The notes under the pieces are model-generated. The model saw nothing but the letters and a program-made list of their open reading frames with translations. It did no database searches and was not told the origin of the DNA. A DNA stretch of 64,000 bases from the human T2T-CHM13v2.0 reference genome, Homo sapiens. Below are positions 30,771 to 48,400 of this stretch, in pieces (position 1 is the first letter of the stretch; every line of letters starts with the position of its first letter). Position numbers and translations under genes: made by a program. The DNA is taken from assembly GCA_009914755.4 (NCBI GenBank), contig CP068257.2, forward strand, positions 16,096,001 through 16,160,000. Reading direction: 5' to 3'.

Positions 30771-33700
30771 TACATTGGCAAACGGTTCTTGTCGTCTTAT
30801 CAACTAGTGCTCATGGACATGTAAAAAATAATAATGCAATTGCGGCACATAGCAAAAGAGCTCTGGGAAGAAGGGCTCTGGAACATAGAGGAGGAGCCCC
30901 TGCTCTCTGCCTGGGGAGCTGAGACAGATTCCACAAAGACGGTGCACCTGAAAAGCGAGTGTCTCCAGAAGTGGTGGATGGGCTCCCTGAAAACAGCTTC
31001 ACACTGCTTCTTCTGAGCGTGTTGGTCAGAATGGAAGAATCTCTAATGTCCCCTCCAGACCTGGTGAATGAAAATACTGGGATTTAGGAGATGGCCTAAG
31101 AAATGTTTGGGAGCAGCACATGTTTCTATTTCTCTGCTTTTTTTTTTTTTCCTTACAGATGCTTGGTTGTCTCCCATTTCAAGACATGTCTGTTTTGACT
31201 GCATAGTTACATTTGTTGTGGTGAGCAGACTGCTCATTAATATTTTAATTAAGGAACACAATTTCTGTCCTCACTGTCCCCATATACTAGTTTCTGCTTT
31301 TTTTCCACTTTCTTTAAAGAAAAAATTCTTGGAAAAGCTTTGTTTTATAGAACTCTCTTGAGCAAGAGCAAATTTGTTTTCTCCGCAAAATTAAAGGTGA
31401 GCTATCTTGGAAACATATAGACCTTTCCATATCTCTGATTTCCTGAATTTCTAGTGAGATTCCCTTGTCTTCTGATGAAAATATTTGCTGGTAGTCATTT
31501 GTAATGCAAACAGCTTCCCTAACAATCTCTCTAGAGGGTGGAAGGGAATCTGTTTCTAAAGAAACCATGTGACATTGAGGACTTCTATGACTGTTACAAT
31601 TTTAAGAAAATTTTAATTTGACCTTTTTTAAAGAAAAAAATTAGGTGTAAAGTTTAATCCTTCCAATTCTTCAGAGTCTGAGAACTTGTTAAAGAGGGAG
31701 GCTCCCTAAGATCTAGAATTCTTGAAATGAATGTCCATAACCTTGAACAACTTTTCTATGTTCTCAAAATCGCTACAACAGAACCCCTGAAGGACTTGAA
31801 CTTCTGTGAACTTGAAAACAGCAAGTTCTTAGAACCTCAAGTTCTCTGTCTACCAAATTAAAACATTAATTCCCATCTCATGATGACATTGCTTCCATTT
31901 TATTCCCTCAATATTATTTTGAATATTAGGGAGTGGGTGGGTAGGTCTGGGAATATCACAGGGATGGGTTTATTGTTTGTTTCCGTAACATGACACATGC
32001 AATGGTGGAGAGCTTGTGTCATTATCAAAGAAAGCAAGAAAACTACTGAGTTCTGTACTTTCCTATTTGGTACAAAGATGCTGTGGACTTCGTCTGCCAA
32101 ATTCTGCTCCCATTTTGGGAGAAGGAGTGGGTTGGAAAAACCATAGAAATAGGTTTGATGGGAGGCAAACACTCTCAGTGTCCCCAAGAACCATCATTGG
32201 TCACCCCCCAAATGGGGCAAAGACTGATTTTTGTCTATTTTATAGCATTGCTCTGCCTCCCTCCTTCCTCACTGCCTCCCCCTGAAAAATTTGAAGCACA
32301 TGTTGCTGAAAAAATGATGCTGCCAACACTCCACAGTCTCAGGAACACTGAGAATGTTGAAATATTTGAGTTTGATACTCTCCTCTGCATGTTTGTCCAT
32401 GGATTTAAAAAAATCCGTAGTTACTGAAACAGGTTTCATTTGGCAACTCTTACAACTCCTAGGCTACTATTGTCCTGTCAACTTACTTTCCCCCATGTGG
32501 AAACTATTTCTTTCAAATACTCCTTTTATTGCTAAACTAAAGGCAAAACAAAAATGAACTAGGATGACAAATTCTTAAGAAATGTTTCACTATTTTATTT
32601 GCTTACTCAGAATAAGGTACAATCATTCACATAAAAAAAATCTTCCTACTCAGCAGAATTTGCTTTTGTTTTCCTCCCTGTAATTTACTGCCTGGTTAGG
32701 GTTTAATAGCACAATATACTCTCATTCACTGTCCCCATAAAATCTGCAGGCAGAGAAACAGCTACAGTCGGATATGTTCCCGCTCTGGGTTAAGAAATGG
32801 AATACTGAAGTTGAATCTTGGTGGAAGTGGAGCTATGAAATTATAAGGCAAATTGACTTTACAGGCATTTTTGCTGAGAATAGGGTGCTAGACACTCAAG
32901 CTCTGCAAACCTCCTGGGGCCTGTCTCATTCAGCACACTCCACTGCTTTCACTCGGTTTAATTTCTGAATATTATTTGTGTTGATTGTTAATGTCACGTG
33001 ATACAATATTGCAAGAGTTATGATTGAGTTGAACAGTGTTTCTAGAGCTTACTCAAAGAAGAGAAAACACTCTTGGATACCAGTGGGGTTAAGTATACAG
33101 TGATTTCAGCATAGTTTTTTTTTTTAAATTATACTTTTAGTTCTGGAACACATGTGCAGAATGTACAGGTTTGTTACATAGGTATACACGTGCCATGGTG
33201 GTTTGCTGCACCCATCGACCTCATCATCTACATTAGCTATTTCTCCTAATGCTATCCCTCCCCTAGCTCCCCACCCTCTGACAGGCCCTGGTGTGTGATG
33301 TTCCCCTCCCTGTGTCTATGTGTTCTCATTGTTCAACTCCCACTTAGGAGTGAGAACATGCAGTGTTTGGTTTTCTGTTCCTGTGTTAGTTTGCTGAGAA
33401 TGGTGGTTTCCAGCTTCATCAATGTCCCTGCAAAGGACATGAACTCATCCTTTTATACAGCTGCATAGTATTCACATATACACATAGTGTATATGTGCCA
33501 CATTTTCTTTATCCAGTCTATTATTGATGGGCATTTGGGTTGGTTCCAAGTCCTTGCTATTGTGAATAGTGCCGCAGTAAACATACGTGTGCATGTGTCT
33601 TTATAGTAGAATGATTTATAATCCTTTCAGTATATACCCAGTAATGGGATTCCTGGGTCAAATGGTATTTCTGGTTCTAGATCCTTGAGGAGTCACCACT

Positions 33701-33942
33701 GTTTTCCACAATGGTTGAACTAATTTACACTCCCACCAACAATGTAAAAGTGTTCCTATTTCTCCACATCCTCTCCAGCATCTGTTGTTTCCTTTTTAAA
33801 GATCGCCATTCTAATTTGAGTGAGATGCTATCTCATTGTGGTTTTGATTTGCATTTCTCTAATGACCAGTGATGATGTGCTTTTTTTATATGTTTATTGG
33901 CCGCATAAATATGTTCTTTTGAGAAGCATCTGTTCATATCCT

Positions 33943-37148
<3,206 letters not shown>

Positions 37149-37211
37149 TATGATGCTAGCTGGTTATTTTGCCCGTTAGTTGATGCAGTTTCTTCATAGT
37201 GTCAATGGTCT

Positions 37212-38240
37212 TTACAATTTGGTATGTTTTTGCAGTAGCTGGTACCGGTTTTTCCTTTCCATATTTAGCGCTTCCTTTAGGAGCTCCTGTAAGGCAGGCC
37301 AGGTGGTGACAAAATATTTCAGCATTTGCTTGTCTGTAAAGGATTTTATTTCTCCTTCACTTATGAAGCTTAGTTTGGCTGGATATGAAATTCTGGGTTG
37401 AAAATTCTTTTCTTTAAGAATGTTGAATATTGGCCCCCACTCTCTTCTGGCTTGTAGGGTTTCTGCAGAGAAATCCGCTGTTAGTCTGATGGGCTTCCCT
37501 TTGTGGGCAACCTGACCTTTCTCTCTGGCTACCCTTAACATTTTTTCCTTCATCTCAACCTTGGTGAATCTGATAATTATGTGTCTTGGGGTTGCTCTTC
37601 TCGAGGAGTATCTTTGTGGTGTTCTCTGTATATCCTGAATTTGAATGTTGGCCTGCCTTGCTAGGTTGAGGAAGTTCTCCTGGATAATATCCTGAAGAGT
37701 GTTTTCCAACTTGGTTCCATTTTCCCCGTCACTTTCAGGTACACCAATCAAATGTAGGTTTGGTCTTTTCACATAGTCCCATATTTCTTGGAGTCTTTGT
37801 TCGTTCCTTTTCATTCCTTTTTCTCTAATCTTGTCTTCACACTTTATTTCATTAAGTTGATCTTCAGTCTCATATCTTTTCTTCTGCTTGATGGATTTGG
37901 CTATTGATACTTGTGTATGCTCACAAAGTTCTCGTGCTGTGTTTTTCAGGTCCATCACGTCATTTATGTTCTTCTCTTAACTGGTTATTCTAGTTAGCGA
38001 TTCCTCTAACCTTTTTTCAAGGTTCTCAGCTTCCTTGCATTGGGTTAGAACATGCTCCTTTAGCTTGGAGGAGTTTGTTATTACCCACCTTCTGAAGCCT
38101 ACTTCTGTCAATTCGTCAAACTCATTCTCTGTCCAGTTTTGTTCCTTTGCTAGAGAGGAGTTGTGATCCTTTGGAGGAGAAGAGGCGTTCTGGTTTTTGG
38201 AATTTTCAGCCTTTTTGCACTGGTTTTTCCTCATCTTCAT
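37212..38240 (-). pseudogene. L1 ORF1, interrupted: N-terminal fragment 37977-38240, C-terminal 248 codons 37212-37958
   Basis: ...RNEQRLQEIWDYVKRPNLHLIGVPESDGENGTKLENTLQDIIQENFLNLARQANIQIQDIQRTPQRYSSRRATPRHIIIRFTKVEMKEKMLRVAREKGQVAHKGKPIRLTADFSAETLQARREWGPIFNILKEKNFQPRISYPAKLSFISEGEIK... matches L1 ORF1p. The N-terminal half diverges from L1HS, consistent with an older L1PA. Confidence 0.9.
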
Positions 38241-40350
38241 GGATTTATCTACCTTTGGTCTTTAATGTTGGTGACCTTCAGATGGGGTTTCCGTGTGGAT
38301 GTCCTTTTTGTTGATGCTATTCCTTTCTGTTTGTTAGTTTTCCTTTTAACAGTCAGCCCCTCTGCTGCAGGTCTGCTGGAGTTTGCTGGGGGTCCACTCC
38401 AGACCCTGTTTGCCTGGGTATCACCAGCAGAGGCTGCAGAAGAGCAAAGATTGCTGCCTGCTTCTTCCTCTGGAAGCACTGTCCCAGAGGGGCACCCGCC
38501 AGATACCAGCCGGAGCTCTCCTGTATGAGGTGTCTGTCTTCCCCTGCTGGGAGGTGTCTTCCAGTCAGGAGGCAAAGGGGTCAGGGACCCACTTGAGGAG
38601 GGCATCTGTTCCTTAGCAGAGCTCGAGCACTGTGCTGGGAGGTCCGCCGCTTTCTTGAGAGCCAGCAGGCAGTAACGTTTAAGTCTGCTGAAGCTGTGCC
38701 CACAGCCGCCCCTTCCCCCAGATGCTCTGTCCCAGGGAGATGGGAGTTTTATTTATAAGCTCCTGACTGGGGCTGCTGCCTTTCTTTCGAGATGCCCTGC
38801 TCAGAGAGGAGGAATCTAGAGAGGCAGGCTGGCAGTATCAGCTTTGCCGAGATGTGGTGGGCTCCGCCCAGTTTGAACTTCTGAGAGGCTTTGTTTACAC
38901 TATGAGGGGAAAACCACCTACTGAACCCTCAGTAATGGCAGACGCCCCTCCCTCCACCAAGCTCTAGTGTCCCAGGTCGACTTCAGACTGCTGTGCTGGC
39001 AGCGAGAATTTCAAGCCAGTGGATCTTAGCTTGCTGGGCTCTGTGGGAGTGGGATCTGCTAACCTAGACCACTTGGCTTCCTGGTTTCAGCCCCCTTTCC
39101 AGGGGAGCGAATGGTTCTGCCTCGCTGGCATTCCAGATGCCACTGGGGTATGAAAAACTACTCCTGCAGCTAGCTTGGTGTCTGCCCAAACGGCCGCCCA
39201 GTTTTGTGCTTGAAACCCTGGGGCCTGGTGGTATAGGTACCAGAGGGAATCTCCTGGTCTTCAGGTTGCGAAGATCATGGGGAAAGCGTAGCATCTGGGC
39301 CAGAGTGCACCGTTACTCATGGTACAGTCCTTCATGACTTCCTGTGGCTAGGGGAGGGAGTTCCCCGACCCGTTGCACTTCCCAGCTGAGGTGATGCCCC
39401 ACCCTGCTTCAGCTCGCCCTCCGTGGGCTGCACCCACTGTCTAACTAGTCTTAATGAGATGAGCCGTGTACCTCAGTTGGAAATGCAGAAATCACCTGCC
39501 TTCTGCACTGATCTCTCTGGGAGCTGCAGACCAGAGCTGTTCCTGTTTGGCCATCTTGCCAGCCACTCCTGTTGTCTGTTTTTTAAGAGGAGCATTTTAC
39601 ACTTTGTTGGTAATGAATAGAATGGGGTGCAGAATCATTGAATTATGGGAGGCATCTGTTTATGTGCCTGTTATAAAATAGGAGTTTTTATGACCCAGGG
39701 ATAGATTGATGAATAGGCCTTTGAATGATAGCTGAAGAAACAGCACTTTTATAGTCTCCTACTTTTTAAACTAAAAGATCATCTATGAACAGCAAATTCG
39801 ATCTATGATCTGGTTCATTTAATTAATATCACATGACTATTTGAATGTATAATTTCTCCTTTCATATAGATAACTCTTAAGCACAAGAGCAGCTTGCAAG
39901 GCAAATTTGCTGATGCTTAAAAACCCAAACAAATGGGGTAAGTCATAAGAGGCGATAAGAACAGTACATTTTGTCAATAGATACTAGACTTACTGAAAGT
40001 TGGAGCAAGACTCTGGTAGCCAGAAGGGCTGTCTCAAATCCCAGCTCCACCCCTTATAATAGAATAATTTCGTCAATGCAAATGTGTGCCTTCGTTTCCC
40101 ATCTGTAAAGTAATAGTTCCCACTTTTTAGGTTTGTTAAGAGGATGAACTCATTTAATGATTGTAAAGTATTAGAACAACTCATGGCACTTGGTGGTTTT
40201 TGTATAGCATTTTATTATTATGTATTATTATTATTTATTCCCATGTCCTTTGGACTTTTAGTCTAGTTGCTCCTTCTTTTGTACTACTGCCACCCAGAAA
40301 AGCAAAAAAAGAACCTAATATGCTGGCTCAAATACATCATTTTGGCAAAT

Positions 40351-40380
40351 GTATGTACGTATGTATGTATGTGTGTATGT
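40351..40380. repeat. (GTAT)n/(GT)n microsatellite, imperfect
   Basis: gtatgtacgtatgtatgtatgtgtgtatgt. Confidence 0.8.
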
Positions 40381-41755
40381 CTACATATGGGCAGTCTCAC
40401 TTCACAGAAATGTCTCTGCCTCCCTTCATTGAGGAGGGGCCATTTAGACCATTGTAGATGGCTCCCAAGTAATCTCTCCTTAGCGACCACTCTCACCACA
40501 CTGTCCCAAAGTGACCTCTCATTGAAATGTTGAAGCCTCTACTAGTGAAAGTTTCAAGATCACTGGTGCTATAGTTAGCAGTTTAAAACCTTCTCAAAGA
40601 AATGTCTCTACAGGATAGCTTATTACAGGCTCTGTTTACACAAACCATCTGTGGGGGACTTTGGAATTTGGTAACTCATCAGTAGTTATAATGATCACAA
40701 TCACCAGCCCCAAGACCAGGAAAACACCTCCAGAAGCTGTACATTTTTGCAAGTGACACAAGGTATTCATCATTGATCACAATCAGCATTGGATTTATTG
40801 TTTTAGTTTTCAAGAATCTTACTCTGTTCTGAAAACCATGAAGTTTCCTCACTTAAAAGCCAAAATGTAAATGTGTGACATGTATTTTTCCCCAAGGCAA
40901 GTGAGTCACTGCAGATGCAGTGACAAGCTATCCTTCAGTTTGATAGTTGATCAGTGAACTGGATGTAAAACTGCAGCAAGTCTGCAATATGAGGAAATTA
41001 GATAAGCAAGATTATCTCTAAAATAAACCTCTACTTTAAAAAATAATCTATTACTCCAGCCAAAGTACACAGGGACTGAGATGATTTGGGGGACAACATT
41101 AATAGATCATAGATGATTGATTCAATGTGAGAAGGAATAGAACTAAGGGTTAGAATTAAGGATTAAAACAGTCAGTGCAATGATTAAATACACAGGCATA
41201 CGAGTTAAACTACCCGGGTTCACCCCTCTAATAGTATGACGGGCTAGGTTCTTAAATTCTCTGCACCTGTTTCCTCATCTGTAGAATGGAGATAATTGTA
41301 CCTACCTCATAAAGAAATTGTGAAAACTAAATGTGATGATGTCTATAAAACTTAAGAACAATGCTTGCCTTTGAGTAAAACTCCACAAATGCTAGATAGT
41401 ATTTTATCACTTATAATAACTAATGATTTCAAACTGCTAACATTTGAAACTTTGATGATCAAGGATCAAGAATTTGTGAATACTAATGATAGTATTTATT
41501 TTAGCAATTTAAAGTAGCTTCTTTCAACTTGCTAACATTTGAAACTCTAAGGATCAATGATTTGATGAAGGATCAAGGATTTCTCAATTTGGGAGCCATT
41601 ATATGATTTTTTTTCTTAGTAAAAGCATTTCCATTTATATTTTGTTTCAAGCACTGTGTTATGATTGGATAGTCTTAATTGATAATATTTGTTATTTGTT
41701 TTCTTTCAATGAGTAAGCTTTCAATGAGTAAGACCTAAGAATAACAAAGATTTAA

Positions 41756-42223
<468 letters not shown>

Positions 42224-43679
42224 TGACATCAACGTTGATCACTTGATTAGAGTCGAGTCTGTTAGGCTTCTCCACCAAAAAGTAATTCTTTCCCTTTTGT
42301 AATTAATAATTATTTGGAAGGATGTATTTTGAGATTATGTAAATAGTTCATCTCTTATGAAAAACTCAATTTATGTATTCATTTCATCACACAGATTTTC
42401 CTATTTCATTCAATGGATTCACTAAGTATTTGGGTGCTTACATTGCCTCTGATTTGGCTAGTGGGGACTCCTTCAATATAGTTCTCTGTTATTTTGTCAT
42501 GTCCCCATCTTTTTTTAGTATTTCTGTACTTTCTGGAACAAAAATATATTCGACTTATCTTGTACCCTAAAGTCAATCATTTCTCCAAAAGGGGCCCGGA
42601 TTTAGTGAACAGTTTTTAGAAAGCAGTATTTGGGTTCTAGTTGTTACTCATCGCTTTTGTTGGGGGTCACTCTCCCAGACCCCCTTCTCAATGGCCAAGC
42701 ACAAAAGCACATTTACATCTGTGTGTATCTAGATTTGTATCTTATCTATCTATTGAAAATCATGCATTTACCCCATTATCTTCAATTGCAACCAGACTCA
42801 CAGGGTTCATTCTGGTTCTCTTCTTTCATATTTGTAACTCTTTGAGGAATGAGAAACCGAACTGCTCAATTTCTTAATATATTTACTTATTTAAATTCCT
42901 TCCTATATAACCAACCCTGTGTTGCCACTTTGTCCCTGTAAAAGAAATCAGAATCTTGGGACCTCAAACTCACTACGCCAAAAGGAAAGTTAAGCCTGGG
43001 AACTGAGTCATGCAAATATTGCCTTCCTTCTTCCTGAAACAGATAGCTGTCATTTCACAATCCTATGTCATAACATTGTATGTAAGCCAGGTTCCCAACA
43101 CGGCAAAAGGCCATATACATCCCCAGATGGCCCCCTTCACAGATTGCTCTCAAGGAAATTCCTTGTTAGCTCCAAAATCTTTCAGGATACATATTCCCCT
43201 ATAAAAGCAACACATGCCAATTGTAACCTTGGTCCTGCCACCTAAGTTTAACTCCTAAAACCGAGTTCTGTTAAATCTCACCCTGACCATGTCAATTACG
43301 AGCTTATCTTCCAAGGTACAGAACAAGTACAAGACACGAACCACTCCTGCGCCTACTCTTGAGATGGATGCATAATTGTCTCTTTCCTTTCTCTTTTCAA
43401 GTGTTCACCTTCTTTTATGTAAAACATAGATTCCTTTAGTGCTAGTTACAGCCTCACAAGGATGTAACTATTTGTTTCACTGCCTACCCTCCTTCCCTTT
43501 CCCCCACTGCTTGCTTTTTCCCCTTAAGTAATGAGTTCCCCAAACCCTCTTCGGAAAGCCCAGGTTACAGATGCTCCTGTGACTTGTGTTTTTCCTGGGT
43601 CGTCCTCAAACTTTGGCTTAATAAACCTCTACTAATTGAGACATCTGCCTCATTTTTGTTTAATAACCTTTCCCCCTGC

Positions 43680-43860
43680 TGATGTTTCCTCTGCCCACTG
43701 AGGCTCTGGCACCCCACCCCCAATCTCCTGCTCCCCACTGCCCCCATGGGTGCCCTCCTCCTCCCACTCTAGATCTGATAGCCTGCATCAGACCTCCCCA
43801 CCCACCCCATGCTAGGCCCTCCTGGTTTGCTCCAGCTCAAACACACCTCACTATGCCCCT
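43680..43860. repeat. C-rich (polypyrimidine-biased) low-complexity tract
   Basis: ccccacccccaatctcctgctccccactgcccccatgggtgccctcctcctcccactc...cctccccacccaccccatgctaggccctcctgg. Confidence 0.5.
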
Positions 43861-46800
43861 GTGAATGAGGACTAACCCTAACCTTGCTTGTTGCACCTGA
43901 TAGTTCTAGGATGGAATTGTTCCAAAGGAAAGAGGAAGGAATAGCATAAACTTCATTTTGGGGTTTTCTTAGGGGATTTTGCTGGTGCTATTTCTGGCAT
44001 CTACCAGTAATGAGAGTTTACCTAAGTTGACTGATCAGAACAATTCGGCATACCCAGACATGTGGCTAAGCCGCTGGCTGCTCAGAGGCATGAATTCTTT
44101 CGTAGCGGTAGTCTGTTTTCCTGTTCATTAGCGCAACAGGAAACCAAGCACTGGTAATTGGATAAGTCCTCCTTTTACTTGTAATGAGCACCAAGTTAGT
44201 GGTAATGACTAAGAGGGCTACTTAACTGAGTTTCAGATCTTGTTCTAAAATTCTTTGTATCTAAGTGAGCTTCCATTTCAAATTCGTTCAGGTATGAGAT
44301 TGGAATTTGGCTTCTTATGAGCTCATCTGCTATTCCATTTACCTTAGCCTTCTCTTTGGTTCCAGGATATGGTGCCAAAAAATATATTTCTGCACAAGAG
44401 ATGCTAATATGATAAGGGACATCTGGGGGCTTTTGTACACATTGCTGTGATTTTCTTCTGTTGACCAGAAAATCCTAGCCACACAGTACCCACAGGCCCT
44501 TGAACATATGACTACAATATATAACTTGAGCTGCTTTAGTTTGAAGATCTAGTGAGGAGCAGCAGGGTAAGCGATTTCCCCCACCCCCAACCAGGTAATC
44601 ACAATAGACGTGTGTAAGCTTTGAAATTTCCTATAAACAAATTTTGCTGAAACTGGCTTTTTGATGTAAAGCAGCATTTGTTATGCAAGTTCTACTGCTA
44701 TTACTCTTCCCATAGTCTATTCTGGTTGACTTTCAGGATGAAGACATCTAAGCTACTTCTGGATTCCCTAGAAAACTTGTGCTGCCTATTCTTTTCCAAC
44801 TGTGTAGTCCTCTCCTGGCTGTTTCTGTGGTCCAGCAGACTGTGGAGAAATAGCTTACTATTCCATTAGAAAGAAGATCTTGTGTAATAAAAATAAGAAG
44901 TGGTATCAGGTCATGGGAGCTTTGGAAATGGAATCGAGATTTGGTGCTTGTCTTTGCCTCTGTGGCTAACAAGGTATAGAACGTTTGGAAGTTTCTTAAC
45001 TGACTTAGGCCACCTAAAGGTATTAGAGTAGACAAGCAGTTTGTAAAAGGTGCTTTGCAGGTAACCAGGGGCCTGCTGGTCTCTCATAGCTGCCTCAGAG
45101 GCTCATGATAGAAGGTTTGAGAAACTAGGGGATTGTCACTGAGAGGGATACAATGGGGACTTCGGTCGAATAATCTCCATTGTCTTTCGAGCAGAACAGC
45201 AGCAGCTCTATTTCCTATACATTTCACATTTTGTAATTCTTGAAGGATTTTTTTTAAAACAAAGACCTCTGCTAAAACCAAACCAAACCAAATCAAATCA
45301 AATAAAAGCTGCAAGACTCCTGAAGGTCCCTCTAGCTCTACATTTTTAGTACTTTCCTATGATATTTATATATCCCACATGCTGGTTCACTTTGTCATCT
45401 GAGATGAGACTAATCTGTGTCCATCTGGGATAGAAATTTCTTCCGTACTTTGATGAAAAGCAGTGTAGTCCTGCAAGATGTGAGTCTATTTCCCCATACT
45501 TTATTGACACAGGTATGAAGATGAGAAGAGATGGAGGCAGCAAAGGAAATGTGGTTTTGCATGTCACTAGCTCAACTCCCTCTGCATTTTCTTTTAAGCA
45601 AGGGAGGTGCTCCATTGTCTCTATAGGGCAACAGCAGTTCACTGGGTCCCCACATTTTTCTGGGGCTTTTGTGAGAAGCAGTAGGCAGGAACAGTGAAGA
45701 GAAACTTAGCAGGAGGCCCAGGTGCTGTCTTTTCTAGTTTCAGAGCTATCTGATCAGGACAAAAAGGAACAAGCTTGTCCACAGCAAGATGGCCAGCAAC
45801 TTGGTTATTTACCCAGTTAGTCTTGGGGAACACTAGAGCTCTTCCAATAGCTGGGACTATTTAAATTTTTTCAAGGAAACATATGCTGTGGGTTGGTGGT
45901 AGATGGGATTCAGGAGGATCCTTCTCTTATACAAGATGACTTTCTGGATAGGTGTTTGTGGGGTACAGAGGGAGGGAGCAAGGAGAATAAGAGAGGAACA
46001 AACCAAATGTTCAACATTCTAACACTCTTTAATAATTTATCTAAAATTATTGGATATTGAATTATTAGAGGCATTGAATCTTTTACTTTTTGTATGACAC
46101 TCACTCAGTCTTCAAATAATTTCTGATTGAACACTAGATTAAGAGGAAAAAATACCACAAATGAAATAACTTGTATTTTTGTTACGCAAAGGATTATTCT
46201 AAAAAATAATAAGCTGTTCCTCTAAGCCCTTTTAGAACACATGGAAAACTTCAGAATAGTGTGAGGGCGTCTTACATGCACTTCTTTCTTTGGAGATTGT
46301 GATAACCCAAGTAGAGGATTTAGGATTGTGCTGCTCAGAGACAACTGTTTGGATAAAATAATGCCAGATTCATCGTTTCCAGACTTGTTAAATTCATGGA
46401 GTATTAAAATAAAATTGAAATAAAATGGAAAATATGATGCCCAGTTGTTTTGTCAAAACCAGTCTAGGTGTTGCTTTGAAAGTAGTTTTTAGATATGATT
46501 AACATTTAAATCAGTAGGCTTTGAGTAAAGCAGATTACTCTCTGTAATGTGGGTGGGCCTTGTCCTATCAGTCGAAGGTCTGAAAAGAGTGAGGTCCCCT
46601 GAAGAGGAAGGAATTCTGCCTCTGACCTGCCTTCAGACTCAAGACTGCAGCATCAACTCTCGGAGTTTCCACCCATCCAGGCTGCCCTGCAGGTTTCAGA
46701 CTTGCCAGCCCCCAGAGCTGGTTTAGGGAATTAAACCAATCTTTCTCTCTCCACATATATACATACTTTGTTTTGTTTCTCTGGAGAACCCTGACTAATA

Positions 46801-47449
46801 GACCAATACAAGATTGTGGTTTTAATTCCACCAAGTAAGGACTGAAAACTAAACAAATAAACAAAAATGAAAATCTACCATCTATTGTCATCACTTCATG
46901 AAAGAAAGAAAAATTTACTATTCCCATAGGAAAGACATACTCTCAGAACAAAGAACAATTTTATTGATGAATAAATTCTATCCTATTAACTAGCTTACCA
47001 CATTGCCTTTACGTGTCTCATTTTCCACACACAGGAGCCAGCCTTTAGGAACTGTGCTGGAGGTGACCCAACTTCTGATTGTGTGGGAGAACTATCCCAC
47101 TGTTACTCCTAAGAGAACATTCTCTCCCAATAGCTCCCCCGATATGGAATGTGACAGAGTAACAGGATGCCAAAATATATAGACCTCTTTTTCTTTCTAC
47201 AACATAGGTGCTCTTAAACAGTATGCAGAGGATTGTGTAGCTGCTTATAATAGGAGCCAGGCTGACACAGCTCTCTTTTCTCTTTTGTCACAGGTGATCA
47301 CAGAAATAGCTTGCTGTAACAGCACCTCACAGTTTCCTCTTAAAATGAAACCACATTTTCTTTGTGCCCTTTCAGCTCAGTTCTGCTGTTCATAGAGGGG
47401 CTTGGGAGATTTTCCACTGTAGGTTTCTTAAAATTCATTATACTTGTAG

Positions 47450-47575
47450 AATGTTAGAGCTAGAAGGTCCCCTAAAGATCATAAAGTTCAATTTCATTTT
47501 TTACAGATGAGAAAACAGAGGCTAAGAGAGGTAAAGAGGTGCTTAGTTGTGGCAGAAGATTAGAAGAGAAGTTCC
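47450..47575 (+). mobile_element. MIR SINE core fragment
   Basis: ...agagctagaaggtcccctaaagatcataaagttcaatttcattttttacagatgagaaaacagaggctaagagaggtaaagaggtgcttag resembles the MIR core (ttttacagatgaggaaactgaggcccagagaggttaag). Confidence 0.5.
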
Positions 47576-48144
47576 TGCATGTCGGTTTAGCAATCATCTT
47601 GCTCATTACAACTTCCTCTTCTGCCTTAATCACTTTTCAGTTCAGTAGCCTCTTTCCTCTAGAATAGCCCTTCTGTATTCACACTGCCTTTTCTTTGCTT
47701 TGAAGTTACAGATCTGAAACTCTTGCGTTAGCTATGCTATGGTTTTCTTCCACATTCTGTACACTGTACTGACCATCCTCTTATAAACCTCTTCTCTTCT
47801 AGGTTAAAGATTTCTTGACTTCCCTCTGGTGAAGCTTGATACCAACTGACCTATAAGGGCTTGGTTTTCACAACAGAGTCTTAGTCCACCCTCGCCATCG
47901 CACCAAATACTGAGAGAACAAATAAAATTATTGCTTGAAGAAACGAAGTAAAGACTATAGTATTCATATTTTTCCCACATGCCATTTGCAGTAGCTTTTC
48001 ATATTTCTCATCTATCCCACACTAGAAATTTCAACTATTGGCTTTTGTAAATTTTCTTTTTGAGCCACAAATTTATCTCAGTTTCAGATTCTAATCTATT
48101 TTCAGTAGTGCTTTCAGTTTAGTTTACTCCCATTTCAAAAATAC

Positions 48145-48400
48145 TCCGTCTTGTTCTTTACAGCAATAAAATCCAAATGCAAATTCCGACAACCTCAGCC
48201 AATGGTGAGTCATGGTCCCTCATTTCCACCTCTTCTAAACGGTCATGGTTGCTCATTTTCACTCTTCTAAGCACCTCTTCTTTACAGCAACAAAATCAGA
48301 AAGCAAATTCAGGCAACCTTAACCAATGGTGAGTCATGGTTCCTCATTTCCACCTCTTCTAAACCCCTCCTCTGATGGTCAGGACCCTTCTCATTCCTCA
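48145..48400 (+). repeat. Local tandem duplication (~125-bp unit, 2 copies), each carrying an exon-like cassette flanked by strong splice-site motifs
   Basis: Unit 1 ...ttctttacagCAATAAAATCCAAATGCAAATTCCGACAACCTCAGCCAATGgtgagtcatggtccctcatttccacctcttctaaac. Unit 2 ...ttctttacagCAACAAAATCAGAAAGCAAATTCAGGCAACCTTAACCAATGgtgagtcatggttcctcatttccacctcttctaaac. Confidence 0.6.
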
